Source: Camelus dromedarius (Eukaryota). From it: a DNA stretch of 64,000 bases. The notes under the pieces were generated by a model. The model had not been told where the DNA came from. It saw nothing but the letters and a program-made list of their open reading frames with translations, and did not search any database. Positions 40,251 to 51,555 of the stretch are shown here, in pieces. The position numbers and the translations under genes are program-made. Where the stretch lies: positions 30,754,001 to 30,818,000 of the forward strand of contig NC_087437.1 in the NCBI RefSeq assembly GCF_036321535.1. The letters are read 5' to 3'. Numbering within the stretch: the stretch's first letter is position 1; each line of letters begins with the position of its first letter.

Positions 40251-43200
40251 TCCCAAAGGAGGGTAGGAAGGGATTTGGGCAGATGAAAAAAGCAGGTGTC
40301 CCTTACAGTGCCTTCTCCTGAATGTGCCACCAAAAAGACATGAATGCCTCTATGCAGATTCACGTGTGTATGACAGAGATAAAAATGAGAAGAGAAACTT
40401 CCTGAGTTCATCAAGAAGGATGGGGGATGGGGGGCAGGCCAGTGTAAGTGCCACCAATCTTTCCCTCCCCAAATGGAGAGGCCTGTGTCCACATGCAGGG
40501 CCAGCTGTCATGCTGAGATGGAAATGGGGGGAAAAAGGAACATAAGCAGGATAGATGATCTTGGGAAGAGTTGCTTGAGTTTGTGTTTTTCACTTTTTAC
40601 CATGGAAATTTTCCACACAAAAGTAGAATAGTATAACGAAGCTCTGTGTATTACCCAGTCTCAACAATTATTAATATTTTGGCAATCTTTTGTCTATTCC
40701 GGAATGTGGGAAATTCATCAGAATACTTAAACTCATAAATTAACACATTTCTGCAGTGCTTTGATCTTAGTTAATGGAAAAAATGCGTGCCTCCAAAATA
40801 ACTAAACTGAGTAAGACCAGTACATATGAGCTCTCACAAATGTTAATTATTTTTACTGTTATTATTGCCAACCTACTTAAAGCTTTTAAATGCTAATAAA
40901 GTCTAGACACTGAAATGTATTTGGCATACAAAAGAAAAAATTTAAGGCTAAACTCCTTATCAACAGACAATAAATAACATTTTTAAATGATCCATTTTCA
41001 AATGAGCTATTCATATTTTTTTCTGTAACAAGCCCAAATATTATCCTTTTGTACAGGAATGTCAAAATATTACAAGCAAATGCAATTTTCACCTTACAAA
41101 TAAGGAGAAAATATAGGTTAATTTATTTGTCAAGCTCAGGAATGAGTTTGGACTAGATATCAGGATTCTAAATGCCAGGTTCCCCACTTTAGTACCGTGG
41201 CAAAGAAACTCATCCAGTGAGCGCTGGGTGAAGGTAAAATAGCAGCGTTGTGCCTGTCCAGGTCGTTCAATTCAACTAAGATCTTCTTATACACCAGTTA
41301 TACATCTCAGGGGAGTTTCAGATCCCAGCAGAGAATGAATACTTTTTAAAAGGCAGAAAGTGTGCTAATTAAAGTGACTTTTCCCCCATTTTCTATTTTT
41401 TCCAGCTTGTTTCACTGTTTTTTCTCTTGGGGGTTGGGGGAGGGAATTAAGTATTTTAGAGGAAAAAATAGTGGCAGAAAAGGACATAGCCCCTTTTTCT
41501 TGCTCCTGAAAGCTTCACAACTCAGCTGTGTGTTTTGTTTCCAGAAAGGCCACCCACAGAGCCAATATCTACAACTTTCGAGATGACCAGAGCCTGATGG
41601 GCAAGACAGGCGTATCACTGAAGTACTTTCTACAGCTCAGGAAATAATTTTGAAACTTTGAAATTAAATATTTCCATTAGGGAATACACTGGGTTTCCCC
41701 TTCCCCTATGACCATTAAAAATTCCTGCAGAATCCCATAATATAATCAAGAGAAAAATGAATCTTCATAATCTAATTGCAAACCACTCTTCTAATACAGC
41801 AGTCATTTTTATAGACATTGAACAAAAGTCTAGGCAAATGGGCAAATTGTATTGAAGAGAGAAAATGAAGAAACTGTGGTAAGACAATGCAAATTCTAAA
41901 ACTTTGAAAACTGGGAGCTAGGGGAGACAAGTTATACCAGGAGGAAATTTCTTCTATTTCTGTACTATTTGGGATCCTAATGAGGCATGAACTTTCTATT
42001 ACTAACACTTGTTTTTTCAACCAGACAACAAATGGTAATGTTTACCCGCACGAACACAGTGAAAGGAAAAACTGCATTTTAAAAACCATATGTTGGTTTT
42101 TGTTTCACTTATTTGCATATTTAAACTAAGTATATATTGAGGGGGCTTGATTTGTCCAAATTAAATCACGTTCAAATTTGACAAGTTTAAAAAAATGTTC
42201 TTTCAGATTAAGGCAAATTAATCTTCTTGGGGTAGGATCATGAGATGTGTAGCGGGAAATTAGACTGGAAAAATAGGTTTTGGTCAAAATGAGAAGGCAA
42301 TGCTGCAATGGTCCACTTCATTCCTTATTTCATTCCTTTATTTAAAAATATGTATAGAGTCCCTAGTGAGCAAGAAACTGAGCTAAATGCTGTGGAGAGA
42401 ACAGAAATGATCCAAAGTTTAATAAGGGGTGGTTTGAGTAACAGGACCCACTGTAGCTTGGATGAGAGAGAAGACAGGTAGCCCTTCTACACAAAATGTG
42501 TCAAGTGCTAAAACAGGTACGTGTACAGTGTTGTAGAAAAACAGAAGAGGGCGCTAATTCCTCAATTTCCTTGATGAAGTCTCTCCAAGCTGTGTTTTGA
42601 TAACCAAAACAGAAAATAGAATAATCCTAGTACCTCAATTTTTTAAAACTCCATTTCTGAATTCCTTGCTGTCCTAACTTTAGTTATAAAAATCTATTGA
42701 TCAGGCTTCTTCAAAAGAGTGTGCTAGAGAATGTGATCTTCTGTAGTGACTTTCAGTAACCCTTATCTTTTTGCATTCCAAGCCAGTATACACATTCAAA
42801 TATACTTGTAACAACAACAATAACAAAAAAAATTAACAAAACAGCACTTCTCTTTGCTATGTGCAATGCACCGATAGTTTCTGTTCTGTTCTTTTTTCTT
42901 TATCTTTTCTAACTACTGGTGGCAACGCATTACATTGACTTCACATCTCACTAATAGTTCACGGTCTGCAGGTGAAAAACTGCTCCAAAGTGAAAAAGAG
43001 GCAATGCAGTAGTGTTGCTGGAGAATAGGTTCTTGCAGGAAAGAACTCAAGAGCAAGGGGTAGTAAAGTGAAGGTGAGTTGAAAAAAAGAAAAAAGGGCC
43101 TGTGATTGCTCAACCCTTTAGCCATGAACCCACATCAACAAAGAGGGGCTTCTAAAGTTGTCCAGCCCTCAAAGGGTGGAACCTCCCAATGCCTACTTGT

Positions 43201-43386
43201 GGAGAAGCTATGGAAGATATGAGCAGTCTTCCAGAGAGCAGAACTGGGCACCCAGATTGACTCAGAAATTCACACACTGCCAGGAGTCATCACTAACCCT
43301 GTCAAGGACCATGAGACATACTGACATCAGATTTTCCCTCCACATTCTTTCTTGGGTGCACTGACATTTTGGCCTTAGGCTTCCAG

Positions 43387-43444
43387 ATCACATGGAACTA
43401 CCTCTGCACCTGAGCATCACATGCACTACCTCTGCACCTGAGCA
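43387..43444. repeat. 28/29-bp imperfect tandem duplication
   Basis: atcacatggaactacctctgcacctgagc / atcacatgcactacctctgcacctgagc. Confidence 0.92.
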
Positions 43445-43633
43445 AAAGGAATTTATATCACTCAGAGATCCTAAACTAGGGCATGGACTTACTTCCTAGA
43501 TGAACCCCACCTTTTCTCCCAAGGAATACTGAACCCTAGAATCATCAGTATCTCAAACTCTTCATCATAGTTTGCAAAACTTCAAAATATCTAGCTAATT
43601 AATGGCATTATTGATACATTGTTTTCCATCTTT

Positions 43634-43757
43634 TTTTTTTAACATTTTTAAAATTTTTAGTCAGTTTACAATGTTGTATCAATTTCCAGTGTAGAGCACT
43701 ATTTTTCAGTTATACATGAACATACATATATTCATTGTCACACTCTTTCTCATTGTA
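43634..43757 (-). mobile_element. Very short 5'-truncated L1 3' tail
   Basis: Reverse complement matches the tail of the 25.6-26.1 kb L1. Poly-T on +. Perfect 14-bp TSD tgttttccatcttt (43620-43633 / 43758-43771). Confidence 0.9.
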
Positions 43758-44015
43758 TGTTTTCCATCTTTGATACCATTTTTTTCTATTTCAACTTTTT
43801 TGACATTTGGACATTTGAATGGAAGTTAAATGAGTGATATAGTTGGTTCATTTTTAAGTTTTACTATTTTACTTTTAAAGTTCTGTTAACATTTTAATTT
43901 TTAATCCTGGGTTTTTTAATTGTCATCTTTTCATAAATTGGCATTACTTTCTTCCTGTGATTTGCCTTCATTGAACATCTGCCTTAGTAATGGCATTAGA
44001 GAAGTTCCAAACCAC

Positions 44016-44530
44016 TGGTAGGGTTCAGGACATGTTACCCCAAAATGTGGTACCTTAGCATACAGAATATTTTAAGCTGAAGGAGTTTGAGAAAACAGAG
44101 GCAGAAGTTCACTATGCTCTCCTCCTTCCGTTGCCCCTCTTCCCTGAAACAGACCATAAAATCCTTACATAAGATGTGCCCTCCCTGTAGCTGGAGGAAA
44201 AAAGCATATCTATCTCCAAATACAAACGGATGCTAACAGGAATCCTAACAAACAGGACTTGCAAAACTTCCCCCGGTTCACTACAATGATTTCATACACC
44301 TTTCCCTATCACATTCCTCAAGACTGTGCCCTCTTCATCAAACCTACCATAAAGTACTCAGGTCTAGCTATTTCTTTGGGTCTTTATTTCCTTATGAAGG
44401 CTCTCATGTCATACAAAACTTATATTTAATAAATTTGTGCACTTTTCTCCTGTTAATCTTCATCAGTTTACTTTTCAAACCCAGCCAGGAACCCTCAGAG
44501 GGTCGAGGAAAACTTTTCCCTCCTCATACC
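44016..44530 (+). mobile_element. Solo ERV1 LTR, MER34/MER39-like
   Basis: Start tagggttcaggacatgttaccccaaaatgtggtacc...tattttaagctgaaggag, AATAAA near 44428, end ttttccctcctcatac. Family from recall. Confidence 0.75.
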
Positions 44531-45146
44531 AGAAAAAAGAGCTGGAGAACCATCTCCACCTTGGCTATTCCAGGAGCACCTGCTTCTCCCTAGTATGTCT
44601 GCCATCCTTTTAATGATGGCCTGAACAATAATGATTCTGTTGGTGCCCTGAACTTCTGAAATGCTGCTGTTCCTTGGCTTCTTGACTACGCTGTCCCTGT
44701 ATGTAAAGTTACTGTCTTCAAACAAATGCCATACACAACCATTGGATTTAGGACACTGTCAACAACATGCCCCTTGACAGCACATGGAATTACTTTACTC
44801 CAGGGAGGGACTTATTTAAAAGATGCAAACTTCACTTTGGTGAAGAATCAGAGGATACTGGAGAAATCCAGAAGATACAAGTCTTGGCACACCATTACCT
44901 GCCTGCTTCAGATGCAGTTAACCCTCCTAAAGCAGGTTTTGCAAGTGTACCAGATTGGATGAGATACTGACCGGAAGCTTTAGTACACTCGGAGTTTCCA
45001 GAGATGAATGGTAGCAGAACTATTGGGATCAATGGCCCTAATTTTTATTTGAGTCAAGTTTTTAAAAGATAGCATTTCAAGCAGCAGATTCCCCAGGGTT
45101 TTCTCAGTGGCAGGAAAGATCAAGCCCATTTAGAAAGTTCCATGAC

Positions 45147-45770
45147 TGAGATAGGAGGGCAGAGGGCAGGGCACAACCATTAAAAGAATGACACAGCAAT
45201 TGAGGGTATGACATAAACTGTTTAGAACCAACCAGGCCCAAGATGGCAGAGAATATGACTTCCAGTGGACATTGAGCCTCATTATACACTCATTGTAATA
45301 CATTAACATGCTAAATGGCATACCCACAGGCACCATGACAGTTCTGAGGCTGACATAAAAGGCCAAAAAGTGGGTGAGGGAACCCAACCCTCTCCCCAAA
45401 ATAATTGGAATAATCCTCCCACTTGTTAGCATATGAAATTAACAAGCCCATAAAAACTAACCACCCCCACACCCTGGGTCTCTCACTTTCCAGATGGCCT
45501 GTTTTCTGCCTGTGGAATGTGTATCTCCTAGGCCACTCTCACGTTTCAAGACAACTCCATCTCCCACCTCCTCTCTTGCCATCTGAAATGGCCTGCACTC
45601 TGTCTATGGAGAATGTATCTCCCTGAATAAACCTACTTTCACTTTACTATGGTGGCTCTCAAATTCCTTCCTGCATGAAGCCAAGGACAGTCACTTGGCA
45701 GGGCACATCTCAGGGACTTACCCAAGACCTGGGACATGACCATCCTCTAATGCCCCATTTTCTTGCAACA
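45147..45770 (+). mobile_element. Solo ERV1 LTR, MER41-like (cetartiodactyl type)
   Basis: TG...CA termini (TGAGATAGG...GCAACA), perfect 4-bp TSD TGAC (45143-45146 / 45771-45774), AATAAA at 45626, YY1 motif CAAGATGGC. Confidence 0.85.
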
Positions 45771-47233
45771 TGACCAAGAGAGAGAAGAGGTCTTGGAGTA
45801 AGGAACTGGACAGTGAGTTTGTCAAGCAGCAACCATCCCTTCCCTCTCCAATTCACACAGGGGAGAAGGATTTGACATTAGCGCCCCACTCCTCTTTCTA
45901 CAGGACTGAAGGTGCCATATATCCTGTTTCCATTAAGTTGGAAAATAGTGATTACCTCTTTGCTAACATTTGCTAAGCTACTGGACCTGCCAGGACCTCA
46001 TTTTCCTGAACAAGGAGAAAGAAATACGATAAAAAGAGGGAAGCAAGGGAAGAAGTGCCTGGTGCTTATTTGGTGACTACAAGAGTTCCCTATAAGCTGG
46101 ACTAACATAGAAAGTGGGAGGGCTGAACCAGACTTGCGAATACACCCACACACACCATGCGTGGCGTAATTCAGCCCAGTCACCGTGCACAAGCAAACTC
46201 ATGTGTCCTTCCCATCCCAGATGGTGAGCATCCAGCAGTCAATGGCTGTAGGCCAGGCTGCTGTGGGAGTCAAGCAGGTGGGGAGAGAAAGAGCTAAGAA
46301 TCTCCCACGCCTGGGGAGTATGATAGGGAGCCTCTGTGGAGCCCTCACTGAACAGTAACTGTGACCAAATGTGCTAGAGCAGAGACAGTATCTGCTCATC
46401 TGTCTCATGGACAGAACTAAGAGAAACATCAACACAACAATCAGACAGCAAAATGTAAGCAGCCCTTGGTTGTCTGTTATACTTCTAAATACACTTTTCG
46501 TGCCAATGGTGACAGTGCTGAAACTATGGGCATGGTTTTCAATCTTCTCCCAAGTTTTGTTCACCATTAATTATAAGGCTACTACTGTCAAGAAGTATGA
46601 TTGAAAAATGAAAAATAAATAAAAACCCCTAAAGGAAATGTGGATCTAAGAGAAAATAGATTGAAAAGGATCATGAAAATCCAATCCTTTAGAAATAGAG
46701 TAAGAACTAAAATTATTTGATAGAAATATATTTAAAAAGTAAAGGTGTCTAAATACCTAAGATACCAAAAGGAAAGAAGGCTAAGGAGTAAAGGTGGTCA
46801 TGGACCCTATTGTTTTGAAGACAACAAACCAAGAAGTAGTAAATCCTCTACTTGAAAAAGGTAAAGAACCTGGGCATAAATTTGGTCATAAATTCAGCCT
46901 AAAAGGACTTTTCCACTTTTTCAGATGGCCCTGCTAGAACTATCTCCAATGACAAAGTTGTAGCCTCTCTGCAACTGTCCAGTTCACCTCGCCCTTGGAC
47001 CATCAAACAAGTGGATCTAACCAGGGCTCCCTACTGTATCTTCAAGGGAAAAATTAGACCAGGTCTTTGACCAGAAACACCTTCACACGCTTAACTGGAA
47101 GGACAAGAGTGCACTGGCTGGACTGGTAGAGGTCATCAGAACTAATTACCGTGATAACTGTGATGAGATCTGACATCACCCGGAGGCAAACTGGAAAAGA
47201 AAATAAAGCTCCAGAGCTTGCCACAAAACTAGT

Positions 47234-47283
47234 TTAACATCTCTATAAATAAAAATCTTGTTAACATCTCTGTAAATAAAAAT
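47234..47283. repeat. 27-bp-period tandem duplication
   Basis: ttaacatctctataaataaaaat (47234) / ttaacatctctgtaaataaaaat (47261). Confidence 0.9.
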
Positions 47284-48395
47284 GAAACATCCCTTCAAGA
47301 CAAAACAAAAAGCTGTCGAGGCATTAGACCCAGGGAGTAAAAACTGGCATACAACTTCCTATCCTACCCCAAAGATGATGAAATAAAATCACACACAAAA
47401 AAAGAATCTTTGGAAGATTTGAGACCAAACTAAAAATTAATGTTGTTTAATTAGAAAATGCTGGGAAGTCTACTTTGCTATGTTTTCATCAGGAGTCAGG
47501 CAGCAGCAGTAAACTTCTCATTCTGTATTACTGATTCTGACAGGAGTCAACTCTTTGGACCAGATGATACCTCTGACTTTGGTCAGCATCACAAACCATT
47601 AAGGAAAACGTCTATAGACATTGTGGGTGGATTACTGTTGATGTTGTGAAAGAAGCTTATACTGTCAGGATGATTCCAGCAGCAAGTATATGTGTAGGTC
47701 AAATCCTCAAGCCAACTGAAGCCGGCTTTAAAAATAAATTTACTATGTCTCATAATGAGAAACTGGAGGCAAGACAGTTCAAGGATTGGCTATCTCAGGG
47801 GCTCGACATTGTCAGAAAGCATCCCTATTCTTTCTATCCTCTGTACTACCATCCTCGGCACATTCACGATTCTGTCTTTGGGATTATCCCCCTCAACTGA
47901 CAACAGGTAGAAATAAGCCACTCTTCATTACTAGAAATGGCCCAACTGAATGTCTCTTATAGCTCTGCCCTGAATGAATTCACAGGCAGTTAGAAAACAG
48001 CTGAGAGAAGAGAGCAGCCTCAGACATAATGCTTAAGAGTTCCTTTATCATAAGCAATCAAAGTTCTCAAAACTGGAAAAATCAACAAATACTCTCTTTA
48101 AACAAAAGTTAAATACGGCTGCCCAAAATAACTAAAATAACACAATGACCAATAGTTAAACTCTCTCTTCATATATTGTTAGTACATGTGTACCTCCTTC
48201 AACTGGATAACTTTTTTAGGGTGTTTCATTTTTCCTAAAAGCACAGTACATGAATCACAATTTGTTTAAATTATTCTGATATTACATTGATAAGAATCAT
48301 CTCTTAAATATTTAAATACCACTGGAATGCAACTTTGATCATTTGGGGAAACTTCCACTTCAACTCGATGAGAAATATCCATTATATTTACATAT

Positions 48396-48401
48396 TTTAT
48401 T
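48396..48401 (-). terminator. Candidate proximal polyadenylation signal (AATAAA) of C3orf33
   Basis: tttatt on + strand, about 40 nt downstream of the stop codon. Actual usage unknown. Confidence 0.45.
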
Positions 48402-48440
48402 CTTTTTGAAGCAGGTCACCTCCAGACCTCTTGGACTACT

Positions 48441-48842
48441 TCACCCTTTTCTACGGAAGTGTATGCGACTCATGAGTTCTCGGAACATCAGTATTAAGGA
48501 GTAGTTATTCATGTTCTCCTTCCACGTTTCATAAGTCCTTCTCAACTTGTCATAATAACTTTCTTTCTTCAAGTTGAAATCTGATCCAGTTTTTTTTAAG
48601 TAACTGTCTTTTTTCCATATTTCTCTCCAGGAGCCTTTGAATTTTTCAAAATAACTTTCTTTTTCAGATTCTTCCTTCCATATTCCTTCTCCTTTTTTTA
48701 CAGCTGTTAATTCAGCTTTAAGTAAGTTTCTGTGAATTCTCCAATAGATTTTAGAATCATAATTTAGCCCTTTAACAAGAACAGTCTTGCCAAGGCCTCT
48801 TCTCAAAATTTCTTCATTCAGACTCACACTAAAATATCTACC
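48441..48842 (-). CDS. C3orf33: C3orf33 last coding exon (GRYFSVSLNEEILRRGLG...MSRIHFRRKG*)
   Basis: Acceptor TTTTTTATTCAAG|, 402 nt to TGA at 48443-48441. Exon sum 114+60+148+161+402 = 885 nt = 294 aa + stop, agreeing with the recalled orthologue length. Confidence 0.95.
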   Translation of the reverse strand, partial: GRYFSVSLNEEILRRGLGKTVLVKGLNYDSKIYWRIHRNLLKAELTAVKKGEGIWKEESEKESYFEKFKGSWREIWKKDSYLKKTGSDFNLKKESYYDKLRRTYETWKENMNNYSLILMFRELMSRIHFRRKG

Positions 48843-50979
48843 CTTGAATAAAAAATAACACAAACCAATTATTTTTAAAAATTACTAGGCTACCCATAAT
48901 ACGCTTCTTACTTTAAAATCATTCTGCAACTTGAGTTCTCCATAGAAAAGTAAAAAATGTAAAGCAAAGGGGTCCTTAGAGCTTAAAACAGCCAAAACTA
49001 AATCCAAGAATTTCATTACTAGAAGAGACCACTGTTCAAAGACAATTCACTCCTTCATAACATGTAGTTCTCCACAGGCTCACTGGTCTCCCAACCCAAA
49101 ATGTGCAGAAGCAATAAACAATGAAAAGGGTTCTGGGTTTTTTCTGTTGTTGTTTGGAGGGGGAAAGGAGCACACCAGATAGGCAAAATGACAGAAGGCC
49201 ACAGCAAAAGAAACTAAAGAAAACTAATGAAACTAAAAAGTAGACAAATGTAAAATGAACTGAATCATCATTGATCTGTTAAATTAGGTTCAGAATTCCA
49301 GTGTTTAGGAAGGCACTGACATGTAAATACATTTTTTTTAAACTCCATAAAATAATTAACATTAAAATAGTCCTGGCCTCTGAATCTTCATCCTTCAGTA
49401 AATTTCCTTCATGGAACACCTCACTGCCCAAGGAAACCAGCTACATGGACTTTTTTTGTCACTAATTTACAGTGTAAAGGGGATCCTGCCTAACTATTTC
49501 CACACACAGTCTTTCTACCTAACAAGATTAATTTTAACAAAGTATTAAAAATTCCATAGCTTCAATAGACAAGTAATTCACAGTTAAATTTTTTAAATAT
49601 GAAAACTCCAGGTTAAAAGTAGGAAACATTTTCTAAGACCATCCAAAGGAATAAAGTAAACTTTTGTTCCTTGAAATGGAGGAACTTTTGGTAAATAATG
49701 ATAATCAGGTAAGAAATACAGCTTAAAGGGTTTATATTATTTGTCTCAATCTTTTAAATTTTATAGGCAGAACCAAAATCAGAATAATTAAAATTGACCT
49801 CACACAACAGCAAAATTCAACAGGAGAAGTAAATTACCACTAAACGCATAAAGTACATTTGGTCACCTTCCAGGAAACAGTATAAAGTAAAGACAGAGAA
49901 GATGAAGTGTGGACTCAGGAGCCAGGAAGACCTGGGCTTGAATACTGGTTCCTCCACTCAGTCACCCTGAGTCCTACCTGCAAATGGGAATAAAATGATC
50001 TCACAGGGTGGTTTTGAGGATAAATAAAATATACTTCTCAACTGAAAAGAGAAGCTGATATTCTGTAAGGCCTTCGGGATCTTTTACATAATATTGTATA
50101 TTAACTTAGTTTTCAGTGTAAGATGCTTCAACCAATCAGTATTGGGTAATTCTTATTTTCAAAAAACTGAAAATGATCTAGACATGCAAAAATTAATGGA
50201 TTTCATTAAACTCTCTATTAGAAAGTCAAGCAGCTTTTAATAATTAAAATGGTTATAATTCTAATCACTTTAATGTGAGGTTATTGTTTTCTTCAGATTC
50301 TTCTTTCTTGTTTGTTATGTAACAGGGGACTTTAAAAATAAGAAAAACTGCTCTTAATCCTGTCATAATCGTATTTCAACTATTTCATTTTTCCATATTC
50401 TTTTCTTCAGTAATCATCCACCAAAAGAAATTTGGAGGAATTACAGACTAATATACTATGGTGTTTGGTACATGTTGTATGAGGCTGGGTCCTTCAGCCA
50501 GCTTTATTCTATGTGTACATTTGGCATGCACAGAATTAAATTACATTTAAAAAGTTAAAAAAGAAAAAAAAGCAATTTAGAGGAAGACACATCCAGGGAC
50601 TCAGGACAGTGGCAGGGCAGCAGCAGTGGAGTTCTGCGGCACCCGCAGTTACAGAATGGCTACGGCTGGTCACAAAAGTGAGGACACGCTGAGGCAGTCT
50701 TCAGATGGCTGACTACTGATCATAAACAGGACTTCAATAGGCTCAATTTAAGTATGCCCAGTAGTATTAAATATGCTCAGTGCTTTCCGAGCTTAAAGAC
50801 TTATATGTTAAGACCTACCAATCTACGAGGTACTGGGCCAGACTGAGCAATATTTACCTTCAGAAAACACCCTTGCTCTTTGCAGTTGCTAGTTGACAAG
50901 TCTCACTCAATGAGTGGTTTCTCATAACAAGTATGATATATTATACTTATGCAAAAATAAATGTATAAGATACTCCTTA

Positions 50980-51115
50980 GGGGGAGGGTATAGCTCAGTG
51001 GTAGAGTGTGTGCCTAGCATGCACAAGGTCCTAGGTTCAGTCCCCAGTACTGCCATTGAAGAAATAATAACAATAATAAATAAACCAGATTACCTCCCCC
51101 TACCAAAAAAAAAAA
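50980..51115 (+). mobile_element. tRNA-derived SINE (camelid Vic-1-like)
   Basis: A box TAGCTCAGTGG, B-box-like GGTTCAGTCCC, A-rich tail. TSD aagatactcctta (50967-50979) / aagatacacctta (from about 51116). Confidence 0.9.
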
Positions 51116-51394
51116 AAGATACACCTTAAATTAGCAATGTCCAGAGTCATGAATAATTTGAAGTTTTTTCTTTTTCTTAATTCTCTATTTTTTCTATTAT
51201 AAACATACATAACTAAAATTTTATAACAAAATTTATAAGTGAAACACCTGGTCATCTATACATAATCACTATAAGTAGTTCAAAAAGACAAAAAAAAACT
51301 CAGTCCATTATATATTCATGGTTCTACCTAATGACATATCTATGTATAAATAATAAAAATAAAATATCACTAGTTATTTCTTCACACTACTTAC

Positions 51395-51555
51395 CTTATT
51401 CACTAAAAGGTAGCAAAAGAGTGCTGAATTCTCCTTTCCAAGAAGTTGGAACCATAGTACTTGGGAAGGTTTTAGCTCTTTTTGTAACCACACCTTCCCA
51501 GTTTCAGTGAGTTCTACTCCTGCCAGCTTAACCAGCAAGACACCACATGGCTCTT
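51395..51555 (-). CDS. C3orf33: C3orf33 coding exon 4 (KEPCGVLLVKLAGVELTETGKVWLQKELKPSQVLWFQLLGKENSALFCYLLVNK)
   Basis: Acceptor CTTTTTAG|, donor AAG|GTAAGT. 161 nt restores phase 0. Lies within ORF 51374..51646. Confidence 0.95.

Larger units (their letters stand above)
43200..47160 (+). mobile_element. Decayed Gypsy/Ty3-type pol fossil (RT-RNaseH-integrase), interrupted by younger insertions
   Basis: Ordered degenerate motifs: NWAP..RHTDIR (43221-43334), ISTLA (44552), RCKL..IQVLAH..VNPPK..SVPDW (44821-44958), TKR..WSKE..F and EGAIYPVSIKL (45770-45940), KKCLVLIW*LQEF (46050), RW.SIQQ (46219), AKNLPR (46293), PRPWTIKQVDLT (46987), W.GLVEVIRTNYR (47115). Confidence 0.6.

Noticed and set aside
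45147..45770. MER41-like LTR as an interferon/STAT1-inducible enhancer
   Set aside because: MER41-family LTRs can carry GAS (TTCNNNGAA) sites, but by eye I found no intact one in the expected region (TTCTGAGGC and CTCCCCAAA are degenerate). A motif scan would settle it.
50980..51052. tRNA-Ala-like gene (also at 55262 and 20030-20098)
   Set aside because: Degenerate stems, a shared non-tRNA 3' segment, A-rich tails and TSDs at two of the three copies identify them as SINEs.
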